From NCBI RefSeq assembly GCF_020745735.1, contig NC_083409.1, positions 22,650,048-22,714,047 on the forward strand: a DNA stretch of 64,000 nt. Reading direction: 5' to 3'. Positions 36,650 to 49,330 of the stretch are shown here, piece by piece. The DNA comes from Hemiscyllium ocellatum (lineage: Eukaryota). The translations under genes were made by a program, and so were the position numbers. How positions within the stretch are numbered: the stretch's first letter is position 1; each line of letters opens with the position of its first letter. The notes beneath the pieces were generated by a model. That model had not been told where the DNA came from and did no database searches. It saw nothing but the letters and a program-made list of their open reading frames with translations.

Positions 36650-38980
36650 TCAGGCTACAGTCTGATATTGGTCAGCTGGTAACTTGGGCAGAGCAATGGC
36701 AGATGTAATTTAATCCTGATACCTCTGAGGTGATCTAACTTGGGAGGTCTAATAAGGGAAGGATATACACAATGAAAGGCATGTGCCTTGAGTGTCCTTA
36801 TGCATGAATCACAGAGGGTTGGTTACAGGTACAACAAGCAATTAGGAAGGCAAATGGAATTTTGTCCTTCATTGCTAAAGGGATTGAGTTTAAAAAGCGG
36901 GAAGGTTATGTTGCAGCTGTACAGGGTGTTGGTGAGGCCACACCTGGAGTACTGCGTGCAGTAATAGTCTCCTTACTTGAAAAAGGCTATACTGGCACTA
37001 GAGGGGTGCAGAGAAAGTTCACTCGGCTGATTCTGGGGTGGAGGGGGTTGGCTTATGAAGGGAGACTGCATAGACTGGGATATATTCATTGGAACTTAGA
37101 AGAATGAGGGGAACCTTATAGAAACAAATAAAATTATAAAGAGAATAGATAAGACAGAAGTAGAGAGGATGTTCCCACTGGCAGGTGAAACTAAAACATG
37201 AGGGTTTTACCTCAAAATTAGGGGGAGCAGATTTAGGACTGAATTGAGAAGGAACATCTTCATCCAGAGGGTCATAAATCTATGAAATTCCTTGCTCAAT
37301 GAAGAAAGTGATGCTACTTCATTAAATGTTTTAAAACTAAGATAGATTTTTCTCACAACAAAGGAATTAAGAGATACAGTGAGAGCAAATGCCAGGTCTT
37401 GCACTTTAGAAAAAATAATATAGGCATGGTCTATGTTCTAAACGGTGAGAAAATTCCTAAAGCCAAAATACAAAGGGATCTAGGAATGCTAGTCCTGGAT
37501 TCTCTAAAGATTCACTTGCAGGTTGAGTCTATGGTTAAGAAAGCAAATGTAATGTTGTAATTTATCTCAAGAGGATTGGAATGTAAAATGAGATGTGCTG
37601 CTGAGACTTTATAAAGCTCTGGTTAAGCCCAATTTAAAACACTGTGTCCAGTTTTTGGTCCCACACCTCAGAAAGAACATACTGGCACTGGACCGTGTCC
37701 AGTGGAGATTCACATGGATGAGCCCTGGAATGGTAAGCCTAATATATGATGAATGACCAAGGATCCTGGGATTGTATTCATTCGAGTTTAGAAGGTTAAG
37801 GGGAGATCTAATAGAAACTTACAAGATAATGCATGGCTCAGAAAGGTTGGATGCTGGGAAATTGTTTCCGTTAGGTAGGGATACTAGCATCCGTGGGCAC
37901 CTCCTTAGAGTTAGAGGGGGTCAGCTTAAAATGGAATTGAGGAGACATTTCTTCAGCTAGAGAGTTATGGGCCTGTGAAATTCATTGCCACAGAGCACAG
38001 TGGTGGTGGAGATATTAAATGTCTTCAAGGCAGAGATTGATAAATTCTTAATCTTGCAATGAATTAAGGGCTACAGGGAGAGTGCGGGTAACTGTCGTTA
38101 AATGCCCATCACCCATGATTGAATGGCCGAGTGGACTCGATGGGTCAAATGGCCTTACTTCCACTCCTATGTCTTATGGTCTTATGTGGAACTGAGTCAT
38201 GAAAAGATCAACCATGATCTTATTGAATGGCAGAGCAGGGTTGAAGGGCCAGATGGCGTCCTCTTGCTCCTAGTTCTTATGTTCTTATATTCATTGGGAG
38301 TACTGAGGAATGAAGGGACCTTGGTGTACAAGTCCATCAATCCCAGAAGGCATCAACTCGACAGGGTGGTGAAGAAAGCATATGGGATGCTTGTCATCAT
38401 TAGCCAGGGTGTAGAATATAGAAAGGAAGAATTCTTGTTGTTACCTGACAGAGCATTGGTTAGGTCATGTCTGGAATACTGTGCACATTTCTGGTCATGA
38501 CACTGTTGGAAGAACATGATTGGACTGGAGAGGATGCAGAGGAGATTAACCAGAATGTTCCCTGGGATGGAAAGTGTTAGTTCTGAGGAGAGACTGGATA
38601 GACTGGGTTTGTTTTCTCTGGGGGGAATCTGATTGAGGTATACAAAAATATGAAAGGCATAGTCAAAGTCAATTGTGAGAATCTTTTCCCCATGTCAGAC
38701 ATGTCTATGACCAGAGGGAATAAGCTTACCGTGTGAAAATGTGGTTTAGACGGGTTGAGGACTTGTTTTCCCCAGAGGGTGGTAGAAATATGGAAGGTGC
38801 TGCTTGAGAAGGTGGTGGAGGCAGCTCCTCTCACAACATTTAAGAAACATCCAGATGAGCACATAAAATGCCAGGGCATGGAAGGCTATGGACCAACTGC
38901 AGGTAAATGGAGTTTGGTGATTACTGATTGGCATCAACATGTCGACAAACAGAAGGGCCTGTTTGTTTGCTGTATGACTC
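36650..38980 (+). mobile_element. Three successive CR1-like 3' fragments
   Basis: Repeated LEYCVQFWSP / RLRGDLIE / RRHFFSQRV-type motifs and tails. Confidence 0.85.
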
Positions 38981-38989
38981 TATGACAAT

Positions 38990-41900
38990 GAAGAGAAGGA
39001 TGTGGAAGCATTTTTCATGTTGTTTCAGAAGATAGCAACACAAGTGAGGTGGGAAAAACAGGTTGGACCTTGCCCATGCAAAATGAACTTGAGAAGCACA
39101 AGAGGTTTCTACATCCCTGTCAGAGGAATGTTCTCGGGATCATGAGGAAGTGAAATCAGCTATTCTAAGCACATATGAGTTGGCCCCAGAAACATACAGA
39201 CAGATGTTTCAGAATGGACACAAACAGCCTGGACAAACCTCTACTGAGTTTAAGAGAGTTTAACAAAATAATATTGACAGGTGGATAAGAGCATTAACAG
39301 CTGAGAATACTTACAATGCTCTCAGAGAAGTTATCTTTTGAGAAGAATTTAAAGCTTCCTTCCCTTCTAGAGTTAGAAATTAATGTCGAAGACCAAAGGG
39401 GAACGACAGTAAGACAAACAGCTACAATGGCTAATGATGATAGACTTTGTTAAAGCCAAAACCCTGCAGATGCTGGAATCCAAAGTAGACAAACAGGAGG
39501 CGGGAAGAGCACAACAAGCCAAGCAGCATCAGGTGGTGGAGAAGTCACCTGATGGGAGACCGATCCAGAAACTCTTTTTCCCATCAGGCCCAGAAATGGG
39601 AGAAACATAAAAATTGGGAGAGTATGAGGAAGGCAGGTAGCCAGGGCAGAAAATGGACAGGAGGGAACAGCCCAAGAACTTCTCCTCAGATTAAAAAGGA
39701 AATTGCTGAGGGTGGAAGTGATGATCAGAAGCTGAAATGTTTGTCTTGGAATAAGGTGGGCCATGTGTGTTTGGAATGTTGAAAATTGTGAGATAAACCC
39801 ATGGGATTTATAGGAGTTAGTAAAATTGAGTCAGAGAGGGGAACACAAACTGACAATCCCACGGAGCAGGTTGTAGCTGTCACTATAACAAAAAGGCCGG
39901 AGGTGAATTCTGTCATTAGTAAAGGAGGTTGTCAGGTAGATGAGAGGTGGACAGGACTTTTATCAAAAGGAATGGTGACTCCTTTCTCTTCAGCTAAACC
40001 CAGAATCAAACTAAGAGATACAGGGGCAATACAATCACTTTTACTGGAGAAAGAATTGATTATCCCTCCAGAGAGCTCAATGGGAGCTAATGTATTAACC
40101 AATGGGATTGGTGGAGAATATATTCCACTTCCATTGTGTACAGTACAACTGGAATGTGATTTGTAATCAGGAGAAGTAATTGTCGGTTTGGGAAAACATT
40201 CCCTGTTGAGGGAGTCGATTTCCTTCTGGGGAATGGTTTGTCAGGACTAAAGGCAGTAGCTTCCCCGATAATTACAGAATGTCCAAAGGAGGGCCAAGAA
40301 ACAGAACAATGACAGGAACAGGTTCCTGGTCTCTCTCCTTCGTGTGAGGTAACCAGGGCAATGGTTAAACAAAATCCATCAATAAGGGTTGATGTGACAA
40401 GACAGCAAGTGAAAGGATCGCTGAAACTTTCCGAAAGGGTGAAGATAATCCAGGTGGAGTGGTTGGTATGATGTCACTAATTACAGCAGATCCAAAAAGC
40501 AGATCCTGAATGAAATAAATGAGCACAGTCAGCTCATACTGAGGTCGAGGCTGAAGGAGTTTCAGAGTGCTATTGTGTTCAGAATGGAGCGCTGATGAGG
40601 AAGTGGAGACCCCCTCATAGACCCCCAGAAGAATGGTCGGTTAGACATTGGCTAGTGGTCCCACCCAGCTATCAGAGGGAGATAGTACACGGGGCACATG
40701 AGACTCCCATGGCAGGTCACATGGGGATTTGGAAAACACAGGCATCCAGAAACAGATATTTTACTGAGCTACAATTGGATAAAGATGTGGTGCAGTTTTA
40801 TAAAACGTGTCTTACTTGTCAAGTTATAGGTAAACATCAATACAAAACCAGCATCCTTAATTCCTTTCCCAGTTTTTGAGGAACCATCCCGTCATGTACA
40901 GGTTTGTCAAGTAGTGAGTATAATAGAGGAGGGGATCAGAAAAAGCTTGAGATCAAAAAAGACCTGGACACTTCCCAAAGTAAACTTCCTGTTATTAGAG
41001 GAACAAATTCAGAGATATTTGAGACTTCAGACACTGTATTTTTGTATCTGGAGAAAGATCAACAGGTAGATTTAGTGAGGCTGCTCAGACAATACAAAGA
41101 TGTTTGTATGAGGAGTCGTTGAGGACTTTGGTTCTGTCCTTGATGGAGCTTAGAAAGATGAGAGGGAATGTAATTGAAACTTACAGAATACAGGGTGGCC
41201 TGGATAGAGTGGACATGGAGGGGATGTTTCTAATAATAGGAGAGTTGGAGACCTGAGGGAACAGCCTCAGAGTGAAGAGATGATCTTTTGAACTGAGTTG
41301 AGAAGGACTTTCTTCAGCCAGAGTGTCATTAATCTGTGGAACTGCAGAGGGCCTTGGAGACCAATTCGTTGAGTGTATTTAAGAAAGAGATAGATTGGCT
41401 CTTGATTGGTCAAGGGATCAAGATTTACAGGGAAAAGGGAAGAGATTGGGGCTGAGAAACATTATCAACTGTAAATGACCAGACATGATGGGCCAAATGG
41501 CCCAATTCTGCTCCTTTATCTTGTGGACTTGTATTGGTACACTTAGATCTATCACATGAATAAAATATAACATGAATTTGGTAATTCAGACAAAATAAAA
41601 CAAAAACCAACCGAAACTGGCAATGGAACAAAGGGCTTCCATGTTGGAGAATCAGCTGATTGAACCATATCAGAGGAATTGGAGTTCTCCTGTAGTATTG
41701 GCTCCTGAACCAAACTGTTCAATTTAATTCTATGTAGACTTGAGGAATCTGAGTCTCATCATAAAACCAGATTCATTCCCTATTCCCAGCTGAGAAGATT
41801 GTATAGAGAGGGTTTGTAGCATATCATTTTTGTATAAAATTGATTTGTTAAAAGGATGTTTAGATGAACTCACTGATAACTAGAACTAAGCGAGTTTCTG

Positions 41901-41990
41901 TATTTATCACACCTAATGGATTATACCCAATGGCAAGTTTTGCTATGTGGACTTAACAACTCTCCAGTCACATTTGAATGATTATTGTGA
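38990..41990 (+). mobile_element. Decayed Gypsy LTR retrotransposon internal region, Gmr1-like order gag-PR-INT-RT; no LTRs seen
   Basis: Gag APETYRQMF..PGQT.TEF...DRWIRAL; degenerate knuckle KCLSWNKVGHVCLEC; protease LRDTGAIQSL; integrase HHCC AHETPMAGHMG...CLTCQVIGK (40595-40879); then RT SSPVVL...YVDLRNL...DSFPIP...KIDLLKG (about 41680-41860). Confidence 0.82.
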
Positions 41991-42384
41991 AAGTGAACAA
42001 GGTCACACTCCCCCACATTACACTCCATCTGCCCAATATTTCTTCAAAGCCCAGCTGATTCTAATATTCAGCAGGATGGATCTTCATTGAGAAATAGCCA
42101 TTTGTAACTAGAATAATTATATCTCTGAGAATCACATTAATAATTGTTTTTATTGAAGCTTTCATAAGTTCTGTGTTGATTGACACAATGCTCTGGTTTG
42201 GGCTTTGCTGTCTGTACAAACCATCTGTAATGTCTTTGCTGCAATGGTTCACATTTACATCATCAAACTCACACTCCAAATATCCCGTCATTATTCTCCA
42301 TGGGATTCACTGGCATTGGCTCAAATCGAACTCCCAGCAGCTGAAATGGAGGGAGGGATACGGCTTAGAGAGCAAGAGATGGAA

Positions 42385-42388
<4 letters not shown>

Positions 42389-42436
<48 letters not shown>

Positions 42437-42457
42437 GAGACAGAGAGAGACAGAGAG
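42389..42457. repeat. (GA)n / (GAGACA)n microsatellite
   Basis: Seen directly. Confidence 0.95.
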
Positions 42458-42649
42458 CAATGAAGCACTAAAAGAGAGGGGGATAGACCTTGGACAGAGA
42501 AAGAGGTTTGGAATTCAGAGTGAGATCTATGCAGCTGTGTTAGAGAGGGGTGGGGAGAGAGAGTGAGTGAGAGAGATGGAGTCAAGGAGTTCTATGTCAA
42601 AGATAAATTATACTCTGTTAAAGATTGCACTGGATGAATGCTGACTCTC

Positions 42650-45060
42650 TTACTCTGTGAACACTACCTCCAAAGCTGTCTAACTTTGTGTCATTAGCAA
42701 ACTAGAGTATCTGACTTTCTGTACCATTATCCAATGCATTAATAAATAATGTAAATAATTGAGATGTGCGCACACATTCCTATTGGACACGACTGGTCAC
42801 ATCCTGCCAATTTCAGCAGTTACCCATTATCTCTGTTTTCTGTCGCCTGTCACTCAACCAATTTCGGTATGGCAGTATTTTAGCCTCAATTCTGTGGATT
42901 TCTAACTGAGTTGAACAGTTTCTTACATGGGATTTTATCAAATGCCTGCTGGAAGTCCCTATAAACAACATCCATTGACATTACTGTGTCCAGTAATTTT
43001 GTTTCCTCTTCAAAAATGTTCAATGAGATTTTTCACCATGACCAACTTGTCATGAATCCATGCTGATTCTCCCTGATTAACTGACCATTTTCAAGGTCTG
43101 CAGTTACCCCCATCCTTGATTATAGACTACAACAATTTCCACACCACAAACGTTGGCTTAATGACCTGTAATTCCCTGGCTTTTCTCTAACATCTTTGTT
43201 AAATGTGAAATGAAATTTGCAATTTTCCAATTCAGAGGTACGACTCCTGAATCCAGGTAACTCTGAAAGATTATAGTCAGGGTGTCTGCAATGTGGTCTA
43301 TTACTACTTTTTCACCCTAAGGTCCTGAGGATTTGTCACTCTTTAGTTCCATTATTTTCCTTATTACACATGTTCTATTGAAATTAACTTTATTGAGGTG
43401 ACACAGTGGTTAGCACTGCTGCCTCACAGCACCAGAGTCCCAGGTTCAATTCCAGCCTTGGGCAATTGCCTGTGTGGAGTTTGCACATTGTCTGCATGGG
43501 TTTCCTCCGACTATCCAAAGATGTGCAGGTCAAGTGAATTGGCCATACTAAATTGCCCATAGTGTTAAGTGCATTAGTCAGAGGGAAAATGGGTCTGGGT
43601 GGGTTACTCTTCGGAGGGTCGGTGTGGACTGGTTGGGCCAAAAGGCATGTTTGCACACTGCAGGGAATCTAATCAGTCCCTGATACAGATCCTCTGTTAA
43701 TTCCTTTGGGACTTCAGGCAAGTCCTCTTCCTTTTCTAGTGCAAATCTTGAGGTAAAGTATTTATTTAACATGTCTGTCATTTCCCCATTGTCACTGACA
43801 ATATCCCTCACTTGCAGTCTTTAATGGCCAACATTGCTCCTGACCTCCCTGCTTCCCTGTTATGGAACTGTAACATTTCTCCTGATTGATTTTGTTACAT
43901 GTTTCCTTTCAGAATCCCTTTTGGTAGCTCTTAGAAGCTGATATGTGGCCCTTTTGTATCCTTCCCATTCAGCGGAATCTGTCCTTATTTTTTGCTTTTC
44001 TGTAAGCCTGTTTTAACATTTTATTCTTTCCCTGATCTCTTTAATTGACCATTGTTGTTTGTTCGCATTTCCCTCTCAGGTATAAACTGGCTTTGTTTTG
44101 TGTTGAATGTTCCTTTAAATATTCCCCACTGTCCTTCAGTTGTTTTACCCATGAGCAGATTTTCCCAGTTTATTGTGGACAGTTTCTGTCGCATCTTGTT
44201 AAAGTCGGCCCTTACCTTAATCTCAAAATCGAGCAGCTGATTCATTCTTTTTACTTTCAAATGCGACACTGAACTAGATCATGTTATGATCACTATTTGA
44301 TAAATGTTCATGCACAAATAGTTACGAACTAAATCTGGCTCATTATTCATTACTAATTCCAATATTGCTTGTCCCCTTGTTGTATCCAGGACCTATTGCT
44401 GTTGGAAACTATTCTGGACACACAGCAGCAATTCACTACCTTTCTGACAGAGGGCTTGTCTGTCTCCCATTCTAAGTTCAAGTTAAACTTCCCCATTAAT
44501 AATACACTGGCTTTGCTACACACTTGTCTAATTCCTCCATTTATATAATCCAGCACCTCAGAGCTGCTGTCAGGGGGGTCTGTATCCAACATCTATTACA
44601 GTTTTCGATCCTTTCCTGCTCCTCAGTCCCACTGAATGTTTTCTCCTCATTATGACCTCCCTCACCATTGAAGCCATTTTTTCCCTCATCAATGAAGCTG
44701 CTCCACCTCTTCTGCCATTTCCCCATATCCACCCTGTGAACCTTCTAACCCGATAGATATCGTTCCCAATCTGAATGATTCTGCAACTATGGCTCAGTAA
44801 TTGATCCGATACCACAATCTTAAATTTGAATTTGTGCCTGCAGATGATTGTATTTATTCCTTACGCTCCGTGCATTCGTATGTAGGACTCTTATTTGGTC
44901 CATTCACTGGAATCTGTTCCTCAGCACTGATGCTGTATTCACCTCTTTCTCGTTTCTCTCCATCTGTCTAATCAATATCCTTCTGATAGCTTTCCTGATA
45001 TTGTCCAAATAGGGCCTTTTGCCGATGTTGTTGGTCCCGACACATACAACAACAACTGGA
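42650..45060 (-). mobile_element. Decayed CR1-like LINE with an HE1-like SINE at about 43395-43680 (+)
   Basis: ADFNKMRQKL..INWE, GKFNLNLEW and DVGYRPP endonuclease motifs; SINE A-box GTGGTTAGCACTGC. Confidence 0.78.
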
Positions 45061-47639
45061 TCCTCAACCGCCCCCCCCCCCCACCCCCCCACCCCCCAAG
45101 TCTGTTATAATTAAAAGCTGGCTCGAGGTGCCTTTACCTTAAAAACCAGGCAGGCAACACACCATGTGGGGCTCTCAATCCTGCTCACAAAGGATGCTAT
45201 CAGTTCCCTTCATTATCAAGACCCCTCTTTTCTTTGTGCTCCCCCAGTCTGAGTGGCCTCCTGGACCATGGTGCAGTGGTTTCCTTCGTTCATTCATAGG
45301 AAATGGACATCTCTGGCCATCACTTGATGTGGTCACTCTGAGCTGCAATGGGCTCCACCAGCTTCCCCATCGTACAATTACTACACATCGCCTGGCCCTG
45401 TATGTGGAAATTATTTGAGGAGTTTTTAATTTATATTTTAAAATTTGCTGCTGGTCTTTAGTTTTTAATCTGTAAAATACTTCTGTCCAGGAGACAGAGA
45501 AGGTGCCAGCACAGGAGGAGGCTGTTCAGCCCCTCGTGTCAGTGCTAGCTGTTTACGAGCCTCAATTACAATGAGCATCTCCATTGAATGTCTGTTGTCA
45601 GGAAGTGATTCAGTCTGTTTTTAGAAACAGAATAACGGACAAATATGAACTGGTCCGAGAGAATCAGCATGGATTGACAAAAGTTCAGACATCTTGAACT
45701 AACCGGGTTACACTTTGTTAGGAGCTCACTAGTGTGGGATATAAGGGAATGTCGATGGCTATTGTCTATAGGAAATTCCAAAAGATATTTAAAAATGTTC
45801 CACAAAAGAAACATTGATTCAGATCTTACACTCCACAACTATCTGATGAAGGAGCAGCGCTCCAAACGCTGATGCTTCCAAACAAACCTGTTCCATTAGA
45901 ACCTGGTGTTCTGTGACTTTTAACATTTACACGACAGATCGACACCGGCATCTCCAAATCATGGAATTGGATGGAATTTGAGAAATGCATTTACCTTGGG
46001 TCAGGAATGGGCCTGTCTAGGAGACAGAGAGGAAGGATAATGTGCGTGTGTTCCAATGAGCCAGATGTGAGTAGTGGTATTCCCAGGGATCTATGCTGGG
46101 ACCTCAGCTTTTCACGATATTTCTCAATGACTTGGATGAAGAAACAGAGAGCCATATGTCCAAGATTATTGATCACACTGAGTGAGGCAGCTTAGAGGAG
46201 GTCACAGTGATAGGGAGGGTGGAAGAACAGGGAGCAGATTGAGAACAAGGATGAGAATTTAAAAATCGAGGTGTTGCTGGACCAGGAGCTGATGTCAGTC
46301 AGTGAGGATTGTGGTGGTTATGGTGGGGTGGGGAGGCATGGGCAGGGGTGTGGGGTGGACTTGGTATGAGTTTGAACACAGACAGCAGAGTTTGGGATGA
46401 GGTGATTTTTACGGAAGTCAGTAGCTGTGATGTGGGCCTGGATAACATTGGAATGGTCACAAAAACATGTTTGAGATTTTCAGTGGCTGATAATTGTGAT
46501 GTGGAGGATTTGGGCCTCAAATCAGCCCCAAAGCTGAGGCCAAAGTTGTAAAGAGTCTGGTTGAGCTGCAGACAGTGCTCAGAGAGAGGGATGGAGTTTG
46601 TACCGGGAACTGAAGAGGATGGCTTTGATCTTCCCAATGTGTTTCCCAGTGAGCCTGGCTCCTCAGTCCTGACTGCTCTTAGCTGCTGTGATTGTCACTG
46701 ATTGGACACTTATTATTAGAGATTCTGACCACAGCAGAAAGCCCCAGTGTAACAAATAACTGCAAAGACTGTCAGATCGCAAGGTTGAAACTTCACCCAG
46801 AGAGGAAGTGAAAGAAGGAGCTCGGAGCAGCTGGATGCTTGTTACTGAGACGGGAGAAAACTGTCAACCATCTGCACTCTCTGGAATCTGACAGCACAGG
46901 AGGAGGCCATTCAGCCCATCAAGCCTTTGAATGACTCAGTTAGTCCCACTGCTTCCCCCCTCTCTCCCTGTAACCCAGAAAATCTTTCCTTTATAGCTCA
47001 ATCTCCAATTCCCTCCTATAGACCTCATGTCCACAGAGTGAGACTGCCCTGAACCTGGGCTTCAAATTGGCATCTCATTCATTCATTGGGAAACAAACTG
47101 CCTGGGCTGGGAAATGGAGCTCAGGACCCTGAACATTCCCTCTCCCCTCCTGAGGGACACTTCATTTGGTTTTGCATATTCACTTGTGGGAAGGGGCTTC
47201 ACTGGCTGGGCCAACATTTTCTACCCTGTCCCTAGTTGCCCTGGAGTCGGTGATGGGAAGCTGCCATACTGAATTGTTATCGTCCACAAGCTGTAAGTTG
47301 ACCCACAATGCCAGCATTTTAACCCAGCAAGGCTGAGGGATCAGCGACATATTTCCAAGTCCGGATGCTAAGCTTTTTTGAGGGGAACTTGCAGCTCACA
47401 GAGTTCCCATGTATCTGCTGCTCTTGTTCTAAATGGAAGTGAACGTGGGTTTGGAGGGAAACCAAAAGAACTGCAGATGCTGTAAACCTGAGACAAAAAT
47501 AGAAAGTGCTGGAAAAGCTCAGCAGGTCTGGCAGCATCTGTGAAGAGAAATCAGAGTTAATATTTCATGCTGAACCTGTAATGATATTTCTGATTTCACT
47601 CCAAGATTCTGCCTGACCTGCTGAGCTTTTCCCACAATT

Positions 47640-49330
47640 TCTATTTTTGTCCATGGGTTTGGAAGGTGCTATCTGAAGATCGGTGATGAATTTCTGCAGT
47701 GCATCTTATCGATAATACACACTGCTGCTATGGAGCATCAGTGACGGTGAGTTTGGATGCTTTGAGAATGCGATGCCAATCAAGGAGTTTGCTTTGCTCT
47801 GGATGGTATCAAGCTTTTTGAGTGGATAAGAAAGACATAGGATACAATCGACATAGATAGGAAAGGTTTCAAGGGATATGTGTGAAATGCAGGCAAATAA
47901 GATGAGTTCACTTCAGAAAACCTGGTCAGCACGTCGAAGTTTGGCTTAAGGGTTTGTTTCTGTGCTGTATGACTCTGTGACACTATCAATCTATGAATGT
48001 TGTTGGAGCTGCACCTGTCCAGGCAAGTGGGGAGTATTTGCTCACACTCCTGCCTTGGTTGACAGACTTTGGGGGGATCAGGAGGTGAGTTACTCGATGC
48101 AATATTCTCAGCCTCTAACTTGCTCTTGTAACCACTGTGTTTCTTTGGTGAATCCAATTGTGTTTCTGGTCAATGGCACCTCAAGAATGTTGATAGTGGG
48201 GATTCAGTGATGGTAATAGCATTGATTGTCAAGGGGCGATGTGTAGATCGTCTCTTATTTGTGATGGTGATTGGCTGGCATTTGCATGGCACCAATGGGA
48301 AATGTCACTTCTCAGACAAAACCTGGATATTGTCCAGATATTGTTGCATTTGCACGTGGACTGCTTCAGTATCTGAGGAGTTGAGAAGAGTGCTGAGCAT
48401 TGTGCAATCTTTGGCAATCATCCCCATTTACAAGTTTGCCTTGAGTTGCAATATCTGTTTGGAGTCTGTCCTATTTAGCACGGTGACAGTACCACACAAC
48501 ACAATGGAGGGGATTCTCAATGTGAAGGTCAGACTTTGTTTCCACAAGGACTGTGTGATGGTCACTCTTACCAATACTGTCAAGGATAGATGCATCTACA
48601 GCCACAAGATTGGTGAGGATGGGGTCAAGCATCTTTTTCCATCTTTTCGGTTCCAGCTGCAGAGCCAGTCCCTCAGCTCCATCCATGAGGAACCAACCAG
48701 CTCGATCAGTAATGCTGCTGCCGAGCCACTCTCAGTGGTGGACATTGAAACCCCCCACCCAGAGTACACTCTCTGCTGTCATCACCCTCAGTGCTTCCTC
48801 CAAATGTTGTTCAACATCCAGGAGAGACTGATTCATCAGCCGAGGGAGCAAGATATCTTGTAATCACCAGGAGGTTTCCTCGCCCATGTTTAACTTAGTT
48901 TCATTAGTCTTCATGGGGTCCAGAGCCAATTTTGAGACTTCCCAGGGTAACTCCCTCCTGACTGTAGACAACTGTGTCATCAGCTCTGCTGGGTCTGCCT
49001 TTCTGGTGGGACAGGACACATGCAGGGACAGTGATGGTGGTGTCTGGGGCATTGTCTGTAAGGTATGATTCTGTGAGTATGGCTGTGTCAGGCTGTCGCT
49101 TGACTAGTCTGTAAGACAGCTCTCCTGAATTTGGCACTAGCTCCCAGATGTCAGTAAGGAGGATGGAGCAGGGTAGACAGGGCTGTTTCTGTCATTGTCT
49201 TTTCGGTGTCTAGATCGATGCCTGTGGTCCGTCCGGTCTCATTTCTTTTTTGAAACATTGTCATAATTGATACAACTGAGAGCCTTGCTCGGCCATTTCA
49301 GAGGGCACTAGAGAGTCAACCACATTGCTA
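47640..49330 (-). mobile_element. Decayed APE-type LINE fragment; related same-orientation fragment at about 23620-24130
   Basis: PDTAILTESYL, LDPILTNL....ASILDSIGKSDHHTVLV endonuclease motifs. Confidence 0.7.
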
